Below, one piece after another: positions 1 through 12,445 of a stretch of 64,000 nt of DNA (its first letter is position 1; the number at the start of each line of letters is the position of its first letter). The notes beneath the pieces are model-generated. The model ran no database searches, was not told the origin of the DNA, and saw only the letters and a list, made by a program, of their open reading frames with translations. The stretch is from assembly GCA_965217895.1 (NCBI GenBank), contig CBDCJV010000002.1, positions 960,001-1,024,000 of the forward strand, in the 5' to 3' direction. Source of the stretch: Waterburya sp. (GTDB taxonomy: Bacteria > Cyanobacteriota > Cyanobacteriia > Cyanobacteriales > Xenococcaceae). Position numbers and translations under genes: made by a program.

Positions 1-140
1 GTAAACTGGGTAAAAGCCGAGCCAACCGTAGGGGAGGAGTTGGCTTGAGCAATAATTTCCTGGGCATTTGCTAGAAAATCATCGATACCTAAGCTACCGC
101 CACTTTGGTTTTGTAGCTGTAGTTCAAGTCCTCCAGCTAC
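1..140 (-). pseudogene. 5'-truncated fragment of an RND (AcrB/HAE1-type) efflux permease, running off the window edge
   Basis: Minus-strand translation VAGGLELQLQNQSGGSLGIDDFLANAQEIIAQANSSPTVGSAFTQF resembles an internal periplasmic segment of AcrB-like permeases. There is an in-frame TAA at 141-143 immediately upstream, no start codon, and the GH15 stop is at 150. Confidence 0.6.
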
Positions 141-149
141 TTAGCAGAG

Positions 150-2546
150 TTATTCCCTAACAACTACTTTATAGTCTTTGCCCTCCCATTCTTGTTGGTC
201 TTTCCAATAGAAAGTAAAATAAATTAATTGTTGATTTGGAGCAAGAGAAATATTTACATATTCAATTCTCAAATTAGTAGAAAGCGAATCTGTTTCTATT
301 ATGTTTTGCCACTCATCAGCCGACCAGCGTAATTTGAAAGGGCGATCGCTCTGAATTCGCAGCAAAGATTTAGGCTTTATTTGTGCCACTTGCCGATTAA
401 ACTGCCAAACTTCGAGTTGCGGGTGAGTATTTTTTTTTTGGTAACGCTCAACAACCTCTGGAATTAAATCGAAAAGGCGATCGTCACGAACCGAGCGCAA
501 TAATTTAATATACTCTGCATGAGACCACATCAAGGGCATCGCCGAACCTGTAGGTCTACCTAAATACATATGTGCATTGGTTATATCGGCTGCATCCCAA
601 ACTTGCTCTGGGAGTAGGGCGGTAGCCGATGACATTTTTTCCATAGCGCAAATAAATGGTTGGGGATCTCGACCTGCTGCCAGTTCGTATACTCCTCGTT
701 CCCCTGTCAGCAGCGTCCAAGAACGCCCCGTACCCCAACCGTCCCAAGCACTGCCATCTTTCCGTTGTCCGTGTCCATCGTGGTTATATCGTTTCCATAC
801 AGGACCAAAAGGGGTTTCGGTTTTTAGTACTTTGTCTACCACTTTTAGAGAGTCTACAATCAAAGGATCGTCAGCAGAGCGGATACCATAGCGCACTAAT
901 TCAAGGAAACTAGGATCGACAATTTCTTTGGCGGGAAATTCTTGCAGGGAATCTGGATGACGATGGGGAATTTTGAGCATACCCTGGTTCGGATTCTCAT
1001 CTGGCTGAGGATCGTTAACGTCAGCAGGATTGATGCGAATATAGTACCGTTGGATCTGTGGGTGGAGAGTGCCTTCTGTAGTTACCGTCCAGGCTTCAAT
1101 ATGTGTCTCCAAAAAATCGGCATAATCTTCAATAAACCGTGCCGTATCTTCATCCCCTGCTTCTCTCGCCCAGGTAGCAGCACAAATAAGAGCAGCAGTG
1201 GTTACAGCCAGAGTGGCTGGAGAAAATCCACTTGACTGTTCCCATCTTTCTTGTTGAGTTACGGGACTTTGAAGAATTAAATATTTAGCTGCTGAAATGA
1301 CCGTAAAATAAGGATCGAATTGTCCCAAAGCTTGAGCTTGTTTGAGATGCCACGCTAGCATAATCGGCTTTGCCACCTCGTCTAGCTGAAGTCCTTTCCT
1401 TTTTACTTCACCATCAACGTAAAAGTTTTGGGCAAAACTCCCGTCTGGATGTTGGGAGTTGGCTAAATAAATTAAAACTCTTAGGGGTGTATCAGTCTCA
1501 CCTGCTGCTAATAATCCAATCGCACTATTGACTAAATCCCGTGGCCAAACATAGTGATAGCCACCATATTCGCTATCGTCTCCTTTTACCTGCCCCCAGG
1601 GAATAGAAAGGGAGGCAATCATCGCCCCAGGATATTCTTTATCTTCGTGAGCGAGCAAGACACTAAAGCTATTGCGGAAAAGTTTGCCGTTATCTTGAGA
1701 TATTTCTTCTAAAGGCAGAATGTCGTCGCAAGTTCGGTGCCATTGGTCGATAAAACGCTCTCGGTGCTGTTTAAAGGGAATACCTAAAGATTGGAAAAGA
1801 TTAGTTGTCGCTCGATGCAGGGTGTTGCCAAAAGCAACCGTTAGAGTAAATTCACTTTTTTCTGAGAGGTCGAGTTCTCCCATCAAAGCCACATTACCAT
1901 CCTCGGCGCGATCAAATTCCCAATTCATCTGATAATTATCGGCTAAGTCAGTCCAGCCATCACTGTGTCCGACATAACCACAAGAAAGACGTTTGAAGGG
2001 AACTGTTGCTGATATAGCTAGCCAAGTACCGTTTTTTTCAGCTACTAAAATTTCTCGACCTGCTGCGATGATTACATAAGCATTATTGTGTTTACCTCCA
2101 TCATTCAAGTGGGGCGCACAAAGAGCATAAAGTTTTAGTCGACCGAGATATTCTGGATCGCCAGTCAGCCAAGTATGCTGTAAAAGACAAGGCTGGTGAG
2201 GATCGCTAATTATTTCCTTGTGAATCGTGTAATTTCCCTTGGGATCTTCATTAGTGATGTAGTAACCCAAAGCGTTTTTGTCTATTTCTTGAATTTTAGT
2301 TTTTAAATGACGCTTTTCTTCATGAAACAAACTTTCGCCATCGCTAACTAAATACTGCAAGTCTCTAATCTGAGGGCGATCAATAGTAGGATAGTAAACT
2401 TCGGTAACAACTCCATTCCACAGGGTAAACCAAATACGACTATCGGCCGAGTAGGCAGTACCTACGCCTTGTTTGTTGCCATGTGTCCAACGAGGTTCGA
2501 TTCCTGGATGACCAAAAGCTCGATTTTGACCGCGATAATTTACCAT
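150..2546 (-). CDS. glucoamylase / glucan 1,4-alpha-glucosidase (GH15 with glucodextranase-like N-terminal domain)
   Basis: 798 aa; motifs IASLSIPWG, GGYHYVWPRD, QQERWEQ, LLPEQVWD, GSAMPLMWSHAEY. Confidence 0.92.
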   Translation of the reverse strand: MVNYRGQNRAFGHPGIEPRWTHGNKQGVGTAYSADSRIWFTLWNGVVTEVYYPTIDRPQIRDLQYLVSDGESLFHEEKRHLKTKIQEIDKNALGYYITNEDPKGNYTIHKEIISDPHQPCLLQHTWLTGDPEYLGRLKLYALCAPHLNDGGKHNNAYVIIAAGREILVAEKNGTWLAISATVPFKRLSCGYVGHSDGWTDLADNYQMNWEFDRAEDGNVALMGELDLSEKSEFTLTVAFGNTLHRATTNLFQSLGIPFKQHRERFIDQWHRTCDDILPLEEISQDNGKLFRNSFSVLLAHEDKEYPGAMIASLSIPWGQVKGDDSEYGGYHYVWPRDLVNSAIGLLAAGETDTPLRVLIYLANSQHPDGSFAQNFYVDGEVKRKGLQLDEVAKPIMLAWHLKQAQALGQFDPYFTVISAAKYLILQSPVTQQERWEQSSGFSPATLAVTTAALICAATWAREAGDEDTARFIEDYADFLETHIEAWTVTTEGTLHPQIQRYYIRINPADVNDPQPDENPNQGMLKIPHRHPDSLQEFPAKEIVDPSFLELVRYGIRSADDPLIVDSLKVVDKVLKTETPFGPVWKRYNHDGHGQRKDGSAWDGWGTGRSWTLLTGERGVYELAAGRDPQPFICAMEKMSSATALLPEQVWDAADITNAHMYLGRPTGSAMPLMWSHAEYIKLLRSVRDDRLFDLIPEVVERYQKKNTHPQLEVWQFNRQVAQIKPKSLLRIQSDRPFKLRWSADEWQNIIETDSLSTNLRIEYVNISLAPNQQLIYFTFYWKDQQEWEGKDYKVVVRE

Positions 2547-2872
2547 GATTGATTAAACTTACAAAGTAACACGTACTAAGACAGGCTTCTTGCGTTCTAA
2601 ATTCTTATTTTCTTCATTCATTACTTTTATCTTTACTTGTTACTCTTTTCAAAAGTCGCAATGCTCTTGGATAGTATTCATAAGCTAAACAACTATTTGG
2701 ATAATTCTATTTCGATAACGAAGTTATTTGCTTCCATAATTTGATAGAGCTTGAAGAAGCTTGTAAGAAAATCCGTGGTAAAAATGCCCAACTCACCTTT
2801 TCTTTCAATAAAAACCAAACGATAAAATGAAAATAGCTAATAATTTCAAAGATTAACGGAGAATAAGTTCCA

Positions 2873-3553
2873 ATGATAGATTTATACACTTGGACAACAC
2901 CTAATGGTTATAAAGCATCTTGTACGCTAGAAGAATTAAGTATTCCCTACACGGTACATCCAATTGACATTACCACTGGTATCCAGAAAGAAGCAGATTT
3001 TTTGGCTATCAATCCTAACGGTAGAATCCCTGCAATTATCGATCGCGACAACGATGATTTTGCAGTCTTTGAATCTGGCGCAATTATGATCTATCTTGCC
3101 GAAAAAGCAGGAAAACTATTACCCACAGACACTAAAGGAAGATCGAGAGTAATCCAGTGGTTAATGTTTCAGATGGGCGGTTTAGGGCCGATGCAGGGAC
3201 AGGCTAACGTATTCTATCGCTATTTTCCTGAGAAAATTCCTGCTGCTATTGAACGTTATCAAAAAGAAACCAAACGACTATATGGAGTTTTAGATCGCCA
3301 CTTAGCAGATAATGAATATTTAGCGAATGATTTCTCTATTGCCGATATTGCCAATTGGAGTTGGGCGCGCAGTCATAAGTGGGCTGGAGTCTCTATCGAA
3401 GAATTTTCTAACCTGCAACGATGGCTCAAGCAAATTGAATCTAGACCAGGTTGTGTCAAAGGTCTTAATGTACCCTTTACCTCAGATCCTTCAGATGATG
3501 ATGAAGCAGAAGCAGAAGCAAAAGCGATTAAAGACATTCAAGGCATACTTTAA
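2873..3553 (+). CDS. glutathione S-transferase (YfcG/YghU-like)
   Basis: TPNGYK N-terminus, [37 protein letters not shown]. Confidence 0.93.
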   Translation: MIDLYTWTTPNGYKASCTLEELSIPYTVHPIDITTGIQKEADFLAINPNGRIPAIIDRDNDDFAVFESGAIMIYLAEKAGKLLPTDTKGRSRVIQWLMFQMGGLGPMQGQANVFYRYFPEKIPAAIERYQKETKRLYGVLDRHLADNEYLANDFSIADIANWSWARSHKWAGVSIEEFSNLQRWLKQIESRPGCVKGLNVPFTSDPSDDDEAEAEAKAIKDIQGIL

Positions 3554-3686
3554 CAATGGTTAGAGCAGTTAGACGAGCGACCCCGTATCGCACCGCTAAT
3601 CTAATTTTGTACGGCTATAGTAGAGATCTAAAACCCTCTCATTATTAGCTTATATGCGAAGCGGTATCCTTTAGAGAGAGGAATCC

Positions 3687-3818
3687 TATAGTCATTTCAA
3701 TTAATTTCCTCATGGTTAACTGCTCACAGGTCAGAGGTCACAGGTCAGAGGTCAGATGAGTTTTAGGCTTTCATTAAAGTTGTCTTGTCTAATACGTTTC
3801 CTATTTAAAATGACTATA
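3687..3818. mobile_element. MITE-like element family A, copy 1 (TATAGTCATTT termini)
   Basis: Begins TATAGTCATTTCAATTAA and ends CTATTTAAAATGACTATA (inverted termini). The same termini recur at 34241-34357. Interior carries heptamer repeats (CAGAGGT/CACAGGT). Confidence 0.7.
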
Positions 3819-3824
3819 AAGGGC

Positions 3825-3863
3825 AGTTTAAGGCTTATAGCTTATAGCTATAAGCCTTAAACT
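3825..3863. terminator. perfect 17-bp stem-loop downstream of sodA, between convergent genes
   Basis: AGTTTAAGGCTTATAGC-TTATA-GCTATAAGCCTTAAACT. Confidence 0.6.
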
Positions 3864-3867
3864 ATGA

Positions 3868-4662
3868 CTATCCAACAAAATTCTTTGCTTGTTGAAAACG
3901 CTTATTCACCTCGTCCCAATTGACTACGTTCCACCAAGCATCCAGATAATCTGTTCGCTTATTTTTATACTTAAGATAGTAGGCGTGTTCCCAGACATCG
4001 TTGCCCATAATCGGATATTTTCCTTCAACTAAAGGACTGTCTTGATTGCCTGTACTGGCAACTTCTAGCTTGCCATCACCATTCATAAGAAGCCATGCCC
4101 AACCGCTACCAAAGCGATCTTTCCCCGCAGTATTAAATTCTTCTTGAAAGGTTGCAAAGTCGCCGAAAGCATCATTAATTGCCTCAGAGATATCGCCTGT
4201 AGGTTTACCTGGACTATCAGGAGTCATAATTGACCAAAACATTGTGTGGTTAGCATGACCTCCGCCATTATTGTTCACAGTGGTCTGAATATCTTCAGGA
4301 ACACTGTCAAGATTGAGCAAAAGCTCTTCAACTGACTTACCTTTTAGTTCAGGATGCTGGGCGATCGCTTCATTTAAATTTTTAATATAAGCCGCATGAT
4401 GTTTGTCGTGATGCAAAGTCATTGTTTCAGTATTGATGTAAGGATTGAGAGCATCATAGGCATAAGGTAAGGGAGGTAAAGTAAACTCTTCAGTATTGGC
4501 TTGAGCAATAAGATTAGTCTGGGAGGATACTATTTTATTAGTCTCGATGCCGTTGTCATCTTTCTCGTATGCCATACTAGGGTCTGACCAAAAGCTACCC
4601 AGAATTAGAAATGTGCTTAATGCAATGGAAAAAATGAAGCCATAAAATCGTTTACTGTACAT
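3868..4662 (-). CDS. sodA: Fe/Mn superoxide dismutase, probably Mn-type, with N-terminal signal/membrane anchor
   Basis: [41 protein letters not shown]; hydrophobic N-terminal extension of about 55 aa. Confidence 0.9.
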   Translation of the reverse strand: MYSKRFYGFIFSIALSTFLILGSFWSDPSMAYEKDDNGIETNKIVSSQTNLIAQANTEEFTLPPLPYAYDALNPYINTETMTLHHDKHHAAYIKNLNEAIAQHPELKGKSVEELLLNLDSVPEDIQTTVNNNGGGHANHTMFWSIMTPDSPGKPTGDISEAINDAFGDFATFQEEFNTAGKDRFGSGWAWLLMNGDGKLEVASTGNQDSPLVEGKYPIMGNDVWEHAYYLKYKNKRTDYLDAWWNVVNWDEVNKRFQQAKNFVG

Positions 4663-4907
4663 AAATTCTGATTTTTTAGTAAATTAGTTGGTTATAATTT
4701 TATAGTGCTACATTAGTCTATTTCTTGAATATTTTCTAAACATTTGCTGAGATTTGCTGTAAAACTTCATTTTTAACTTAATGATTGACGTCTTACTGAA
4801 ATGTCACGCATAATTGCCAAAAATGCTTGCTTTTCCCTTCAAAGCTGAGATATTTATCGAAACTAGCCTAACTAAATTAGGCGATCGCTTTAGAGGCATT
4901 AAGATAA

Positions 4908-5654
4908 TTAAGAAGCTTGTTCGTTAGCATCAACCGTATCAATCGATTCGTCTAAGGCTTTTCTGGCAATCTTGGTAACATAGAGTGTGACCGCTACTGT
5001 GGCAATCAAGCCAATAATGCGAATAGTCCATTGAGCAATAGGATTAGCATCAGGTTGGGTTTCTCCGCCAATTGTGGCGATATTTCCAGCTAGAGAACCA
5101 ATATAAACATACATAATTGTGCCTGGAATCATGCCCACTGAACCTAAAACATAATCTTTTAAAGATACTCCCGTAACACCAAGTCCATAATTTAAGAGAT
5201 TAAACGGAAAAATAGGTGATAATCTGGTCAAAAGCACAATTTTGAGTCCTTCTTTACCTACGGCTTGGTCGATCGCCTGAAATTTTTGATTGCCTGCAAT
5301 TTTTTTAGAGATCCAGCCTCTTGCCAGATAACGACCCGCTAAAAATGCTAGAGTTGCCCCAATAGTCGCCCCAAAGAAAACGTAGATTGAACCTTTAATA
5401 ATCCCAAATAAAACTCCTGCACCCAAAGTCAATATCGAACCAGGCAAAAATGCCACCGTAGCGACAATATAAATTAGCATAAAGGCAATGGGCGCGATCG
5501 CGCCTAAATCATCAACCCATTGCAGGGCATTACGTAATAGTTCTTGAGGATGAAAACTCCCGCTATTGGCTGCTGATTGTGCTTGTGCTGGTGCAGCAAA
5601 TAACATCACTCCAAGCAAAACAAGGATGACGATTCTCAAATCTTTGATTTTCAT
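4908..5654 (-). CDS. TVP38/TMEM64 (DedA/VTT) family membrane protein
   Basis: FLPGSILTLGAG, LTRLSPIFPFNLLNY, GMIPGT motifs. Confidence 0.9.
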   Translation of the reverse strand: MKIKDLRIVILVLLGVMLFAAPAQAQSAANSGSFHPQELLRNALQWVDDLGAIAPIAFMLIYIVATVAFLPGSILTLGAGVLFGIIKGSIYVFFGATIGATLAFLAGRYLARGWISKKIAGNQKFQAIDQAVGKEGLKIVLLTRLSPIFPFNLLNYGLGVTGVSLKDYVLGSVGMIPGTIMYVYIGSLAGNIATIGGETQPDANPIAQWTIRIIGLIATVAVTLYVTKIARKALDESIDTVDANEQAS

Positions 5655-5932
5655 AATTTTTGAGAGGGAATATTGCCTCTACTTTAACTCCATAATTAAA
5701 TTTCACAAGACTTGCTGAAAATAAGCTGAAAACTTGGCTAGCTGTTAATTAATTTTATAGTTCGTAGTAGGTAGTAAGTAGTTCGTAGTTGCAGAAAACT
5801 ACCTAACTGTCCTAACTACTAAAAGCTAAATAAAATGACTTTAGAAGTGAGTTTTGATAGTCCAAACCAGACAGAAAGCTGGTATGTTATGGGGAGACAA
5901 ACAAGAAAGATCGGGGTTTACTTTTTTTAAGA

Positions 5933-6655
5933 ATGAGTTACCAGAGGGTTTTATTAAAATTAAGTGGCGAAGCTCTGATGGGCAACTTAGGCTATGGCAT
6001 CGATCCTACAGTAGTCGCCGAGATCGCTCAAGAAGTTGCCGACATCGCCACAAGTGGTGTGCAGGTTGCCATTGTTGTCGGTGGAGGTAATATTTTTCGA
6101 GGTATGAAGGCTTCGGCTGCGGGGATGGATCGGGCAACGGCTGATTATATCGGCATGATCGCCACTGTCATGAACGCCATGACTTTGCAAGATGCTTTAG
6201 AACGAATTGGGATTGCCAATCGACTACAAACTGCTATTTCGATGCAGGAAGTCGCTGAACCCTATATTCGTCGTCGAGCAATTCGTCACTTAGAAAAAGG
6301 GCGAGTAGTTATCTTTGGTGCAGGTTCAGGAAATCCTTTCTTTACTACTGATACCACGGCTGCACTAAGAGCAGCAGAAATTGATGCGGAAATTATTTTT
6401 AAAGCTACTAAAGTAGATGGAATTTATGATTCTGACCCCAAAAAGAATCCCCATGCTCATCGCTATCAAAGTTTAACCTACAATCATGTATTAACCAATG
6501 AATTAAAAGTAATGGACAGTACGGCGATCGCTTTATGTAAAGAAAATGATATTCCTATATTAGTCTTCGATCTTTCTGTTAATGGTAATATTATGCGTGC
6601 TACTCAAGGAGAATCTGTTGGCACTATTGTAGGAGGAAACTGTGAAGTTATCTGA
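5933..6655 (+). CDS. pyrH: UMP kinase
   Basis: [34 protein letters not shown]; followed by frr. Confidence 0.98.
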   Translation: MSYQRVLLKLSGEALMGNLGYGIDPTVVAEIAQEVADIATSGVQVAIVVGGGNIFRGMKASAAGMDRATADYIGMIATVMNAMTLQDALERIGIANRLQTAISMQEVAEPYIRRRAIRHLEKGRVVIFGAGSGNPFFTTDTTAALRAAEIDAEIIFKATKVDGIYDSDPKKNPHAHRYQSLTYNHVLTNELKVMDSTAIALCKENDIPILVFDLSVNGNIMRATQGESVGTIVGGNCEVI

Positions 6656-7190
6656 AATAAAAGAACGTATGCAAAAGACAATTGAAGCAACTCAAAGGTC
6701 TTTCAACACTATTCGTACAGGAAGAGCAAGCACTTCTTTATTAGACCGCGTTATGGTGGACTACTATGGCGCAGAGACTCCCTTAAAATCTCTGGCTAAC
6801 TTAAGTACTCCTGACGCGACCACAATCATGATTCAGCCTTATGATAAAGGCAGTATGGGTCAGATTGAAAAAGCAATATCTCTTTCTGATATTGGCTTAA
6901 CTCCCAATAACGATGGCGATTTGATTCGGCTTAATATTCCACCTTTAACTAAAGAGCGTCGTCAAGAACTAGTTAAAACAGCAAGCAAGTTAGCTGAAGA
7001 AGGTAAGGTGGGAATTCGTAATATTCGCCGTGATGCGATCGACGAAGTGCGTAAACAAGAAAAAAGCAGCGATATTTCTGAAGATGAGTCAAGAGATTTA
7101 CAGGCTGAAATTCAAAGCGTTACTGATGAGTTTAATCAGAAAATTGATGATTTGCTAGCTGTTAAAGAGAAAGATATTTTGACTGTTTAG
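6642..7190 (+). CDS. frr: ribosome recycling factor
   Basis: [33 protein letters not shown] start overlapping the end of pyrH. Confidence 0.98.
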   Translation: MKLSEIKERMQKTIEATQRSFNTIRTGRASTSLLDRVMVDYYGAETPLKSLANLSTPDATTIMIQPYDKGSMGQIEKAISLSDIGLTPNNDGDLIRLNIPPLTKERRQELVKTASKLAEEGKVGIRNIRRDAIDEVRKQEKSSDISEDESRDLQAEIQSVTDEFNQKIDDLLAVKEKDILTV

Positions 7191-7201
7191 AAGCAACTTC
7201 T

Positions 7202-8101
7202 ATGACCAGTAATAATCCCCAATTTTTACTGTTTGCTCAACATGGTTGGGCAGATACGGGTAAAGCAATTGGTAAATTAGCGCAGATAGCAACAGCTAAT
7301 TCTTCTACATTGATTACCGCACCTAGCTTGGGGTTAATTAATACTTTTATTAGAATTGAGCCTTTAGTTAAAAGATTAGAACAAATTGCCACTCAAGTAA
7401 TTAGCAATTATCCCCATGTTCCGCTCAAAATTATGGGACATTCTATGGGGGGTTTATTATGGTTAGAAGTGCTAAATCGTAACCCTCAATGGTGGCAAAA
7501 GGTTCATTCGCTGATCTTACTAGGCTCTCCCGTTGGTGGCTCAAATATGGCTCGCATCATCGATCCTCTAGGGATCGGCATTGGTACAGCTAGGGATTTG
7601 GGCAAGAATCGCCGTAACATGGCTGAAAGAATTGCTCAACAAATTCCTACTCTTTCGGTTGCTAGCGATATAAACCTGGGCAGCGATGGTTTAGTAACGG
7701 TAGAAAACACCAAGTTTGCCTATGCTAACTGGCTGCCGATCTTTGGTGTTCATCACGATGCCATGCGATATCATCCAGACATAATTCCCATAATTCAAAA
7801 CTTTTGGGCAAATCCTCAACTAGGACTACCTTCTGAAGGTAAAGCCAGCCAATTTATTCAACGTTTACGCTCTGTACCAGGTATGACTGATGCAGATTAT
7901 CATAACTTTGAGCGATCGCAGATTGTCGCTGGCTTTGATGGTGGCATTACTTTGCACACCTGGAAAAATCTACTAGGTATAAATCATGTTTACATTGGCA
8001 ATGAGCGAGATTGTCTTTATGCAGGATACGTGGGCTTAATCCATAATGTTGGATTACGTCAAGCCGTTCAAGAAATTCAGCAGTATATTTCTGAGAATTA
8101 A
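7202..8101 (+). CDS. alpha/beta hydrolase
   Basis: HGW oxyanion motif, GHSMGG nucleophile elbow, SDGLV. Confidence 0.8.
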   Translation: MTSNNPQFLLFAQHGWADTGKAIGKLAQIATANSSTLITAPSLGLINTFIRIEPLVKRLEQIATQVISNYPHVPLKIMGHSMGGLLWLEVLNRNPQWWQKVHSLILLGSPVGGSNMARIIDPLGIGIGTARDLGKNRRNMAERIAQQIPTLSVASDINLGSDGLVTVENTKFAYANWLPIFGVHHDAMRYHPDIIPIIQNFWANPQLGLPSEGKASQFIQRLRSVPGMTDADYHNFERSQIVAGFDGGITLHTWKNLLGINHVYIGNERDCLYAGYVGLIHNVGLRQAVQEIQQYISEN

Positions 8102-8122
8102 CTGATTTTTTGGCTAAATCAC

Positions 8123-8153
8123 TTGACAAACTTAGGCATAAAGTTGTTATACT
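8123..8153 (+). promoter_or_regulatory. sigma70-type promoter of tRNA-Gln
   Basis: TTGACA (8123-8128) and extended -10 TG-T-TATACT (8148-8153), 18 nt upstream of the tRNA. The 19-nt spacer is longer than canonical. Confidence 0.55.
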
Positions 8154-8171
8154 GTTTCTGTTGTAAAACGT

Positions 8172-8243
8172 TGGGGTGTCGCCAAGCGGTAAGGCATCGG
8201 TTTTTGGTATCGACATTCCTAGGTTCGAATCCTAGCACCCCAG
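8172..8243 (+). tRNA. trnQ: tRNA-Gln (UUG)
   Basis: Cloverleaf: acceptor TGGGGTG/CACCCCA, anticodon stem TCGGT/ATCGA with loop TTTTGGT, T-arm GGTTCGAATCC; CCA not encoded. Confidence 0.97.
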
Positions 8244-8342
8244 TAAGATAATCTATTATCAAGCTCCTGCAAGAGTTATCTAAACTAAGGGATCTTCTGA
8301 AACCAGATTTTAATTCTGGCAACAGTCACGATCGATAAAATA

Positions 8343-8978
8343 TTATTCGCGCTGTTCTGGTCGCAGCAAAATTGTCGTGAGAACTCCTGAAATAATAATA
8401 AATCCCACGTTAATTGCCAGCAAAAACAGTCCGCCAAAACCCATCAAAGGATTTTTGGACAGGAAAGCAATACCCGCAGCAGCGATCGCTGGTACTAAAG
8501 CCAAAGCAGCCACCACTCCCACCAAAGTATCCGTTTTCTGCTTAACTAGAGCAATCGAACCAGAGATACCTGCTGCCATTGCTGCTATAACGCTATACCA
8601 TCCTGGCTTTACTCGCTCCGCTAATAAGTTCTTGTCGATCAAATTAGTTTCTGCGGGAATCACAAGCGTAATATTTAAGATCCAGGTAGTCAACATAGCA
8701 AAAATCATTGCTATCAAAAAGCCGAGAAATGCAGTAGTCAAACCTCTTAATGCTAACCGAGGCTTTCTGGCTACTATTGCCAAAGAAACTAAACCTAAAG
8801 GCGGTAATGCAGGAGCAATAACCATCGAACCAATCAAAATCGGTACTGAATCAGTTAATAAAGCAACTGCTGCTAACACCCCAGCCATAGCCATAAATAC
8901 CAAGTAGGAAGAAGTTAGTTTTGCCTGTTTAGTGATTTTTTCAATGGTGCGATCGCCAACTAACGGTTTAGAAGACAT
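8343..8978 (-). CDS. DUF389 family membrane protein
   Basis: LIGSMVIAP and LVGVVAALALVPA motifs; multi-TM. Confidence 0.85.
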   Translation of the reverse strand: MSSKPLVGDRTIEKITKQAKLTSSYLVFMAMAGVLAAVALLTDSVPILIGSMVIAPALPPLGLVSLAIVARKPRLALRGLTTAFLGFLIAMIFAMLTTWILNITLVIPAETNLIDKNLLAERVKPGWYSVIAAMAAGISGSIALVKQKTDTLVGVVAALALVPAIAAAGIAFLSKNPLMGFGGLFLLAINVGFIIISGVLTTILLRPEQRE

Positions 8979-9126
8979 AGTTAGTTACACAAATATTACT
9001 GCTGTAAATATATTATTATTCATTATTCTGATTCTTCTAAGCTCAGTCTAAACTAGCAAAAAGCCGCGAATACTTCGTTAAAATAATCCGCGACTTCAAG
9101 ATAATTATTAAATTTAGCTACAAAAT

Positions 9127-10131
9127 TTATACGTTAGCTTTGGCTGTTTCAGTTGTTTTAGCTGTAAGCTTTTCGTAAGTTTCGCGCATTTTTAAACCAA
9201 CTAATACTTGGAATAAACCAGTTCCATTATTAGAACCAGGATAATCTTTATGCTTGAGCAACAGTTCAGTCATTTCACCATAGTGACCAGTGCTGGTATT
9301 GCTTAGATGACTTTCAATGTAGATCATTTCTTCGAGATTACCGAATTGACCATCTACTTCTAAAATAGACACTTCGTTGTTATAGAAGCTATCGGGTCCA
9401 TAGTACATTTTAATACCAGGGTAGGCACAAGTAAGCTTCCGTCCACAAGGTCGCCAGTCAATAGTTGAACCTTCATCAAATAGATAGACCGTATCAAAGT
9501 TGGCTACGCCTTCTTTCTGAATTAAACGAACTTTAAGCAGATCGCTTTCTTTGTCCTGTACTAGCTGAGTTGGTAATACTTGAATTACAACATCAGCATA
9601 TTCCCTTTGTACTTCGATATAGGCTTTAAAATCGGGTTCACGAGCCTTGATTGAAGCCAAAATATCTTCGTAAGTATGACCACGTTCAGCCATATCACGC
9701 TGGATTTTCCACTGAATTTTAACTTCGTCGCTGATATCAAGATATACGCTGAAATCTACCAGTTCACGGACTCTTTCATCATATAAAGGATGTAATCCCT
9801 CAATTACAATTACTTTATTAGGTTCAATTTTTTCGGGGGGATCGAGTTCACCAGTTTCATGATTATAAATTGGTTTGTCGATCGCCTTACCTTCTTTAAG
9901 AGCTTTAACTTGCTCATACATCAGGTCAAAATTATTGGCTTTGGGGTTTAAAGCTGTAACACCTGCTGCTCTTCTGCCCTTGCGATCTAGACTATGATAG
10001 TCGTCAAGACAAATCACGGTCATAAATTCTTCGCCAAACAGGTCAGTTAAACGGCGCAAAAATGTTGATTTGCCACATCCAGAGTCGCCTGCAACTCCGA
10101 TAAGCACCACTCGGTCAAAATTGACGGTCAT
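9127..10131 (-). CDS. prk: phosphoribulokinase
   Basis: IGVAGDSGCGKST, CLDDYHSLDR, KIQRDMAERGH, PGSNNGTG. Confidence 0.98.
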   Translation of the reverse strand: MTVNFDRVVLIGVAGDSGCGKSTFLRRLTDLFGEEFMTVICLDDYHSLDRKGRRAAGVTALNPKANNFDLMYEQVKALKEGKAIDKPIYNHETGELDPPEKIEPNKVIVIEGLHPLYDERVRELVDFSVYLDISDEVKIQWKIQRDMAERGHTYEDILASIKAREPDFKAYIEVQREYADVVIQVLPTQLVQDKESDLLKVRLIQKEGVANFDTVYLFDEGSTIDWRPCGRKLTCAYPGIKMYYGPDSFYNNEVSILEVDGQFGNLEEMIYIESHLSNTSTGHYGEMTELLLKHKDYPGSNNGTGLFQVLVGLKMRETYEKLTAKTTETAKANV

Positions 10132-10676
10132 AAAATTCCTCTTCTACAAAACTAGATATTTAATTCATGATTATTGAGCAAGCCTAAGGAGTTGAGACAC
10201 AGAATTATGTCTACCTGCAATTCCTACCTAGAAAGAAAAATAGAGCTTGATTTTCTAGCCTGGTGTAGGATACGTAATAAACATAATTATTTTATTTTAG
10301 TGATTTATCCTTAAATCGCTTTCATCAATAGAAGAAAAAGCTACTTTGGATAAGCTCGATCCTTTCAGTATTAAATGCTAATTACTAACATTGAAGGATC
10401 TTACCAGAACCTAACCACCTCTACAAGAGAAAATAGCTTAAAGCTGCTTGCCTCAAGGGTCAAATTAGAGGCTGGTTTTTTAATTCGCAAGCTTAAAAAA
10501 AAATTAAAATGAATTGAAAACTACAGATTCTTATTTGGTCGAGAATGTATATTCTACTCAAGGACTCATCTCCGATACTATTTTTCACCCAAAATCTTGC
10601 TGACTTATGAATTAAGAATAGTCTCTCAACGACACTCTATTGATACAATACAAACATTCTAAACTACTGCTTTTGA

Positions 10677-11987
<1,311 letters not shown>

Positions 11988-12199
11988 TTTATTACTTAAA
12001 GCTCTAGGCTCATAATCGTCAAGATCCTAGTTCTCATTGCGTCTACTAAATTATTTCAGTAGGCGCGATTTTTTTGAAATTATTGAAACATAATCTCTCG
12101 TAGCTTTTAAAAACCAATGCTGCATCTTTCTACATTGGAGCAAAAAAGCATTTTTGAGCTATTTATTACCCTAATATTAATGACTATACTTTGTGTTCA

Positions 12200-12330
12200 A
12201 GGGGTTTAATCGTGCAGAGGGCAGGTTATGATGCTGATTTTCTGACCTTAGCAGCTATAGCGATCGCCATAGCTGCTTTTGTGGTTTTTTGGCAATTTGT
12301 TCTAGAAACTAACCAAAGCAAAAAAGCAGC
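12200..12330 (+). pseudogene. probable C-terminal remnant of an MFS transporter
   Basis: GLIVQRAGYDADFLTLAAIAIAIAAFVVFWQFVLET resembles MFS TM11-TM12 plus the terminal (P)ET motif; no N-terminal part present. Confidence 0.45.
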
Positions 12331-12445
12331 TAATACTAAATTTTGTCTTCATAGAATACTTGACAATTATGTAAGTCAAAAGCCACAAAGGCATAAGCCA
12401 GTTAAAATATTTATTCACCAGCACAATTTTTTTTAAAGTATTTGA

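Noticed and set aside
8172..8243. tRNA-Gln as an integration site for an island
   Set aside because: No integrase and no duplicated tRNA 3' end seen in the window.
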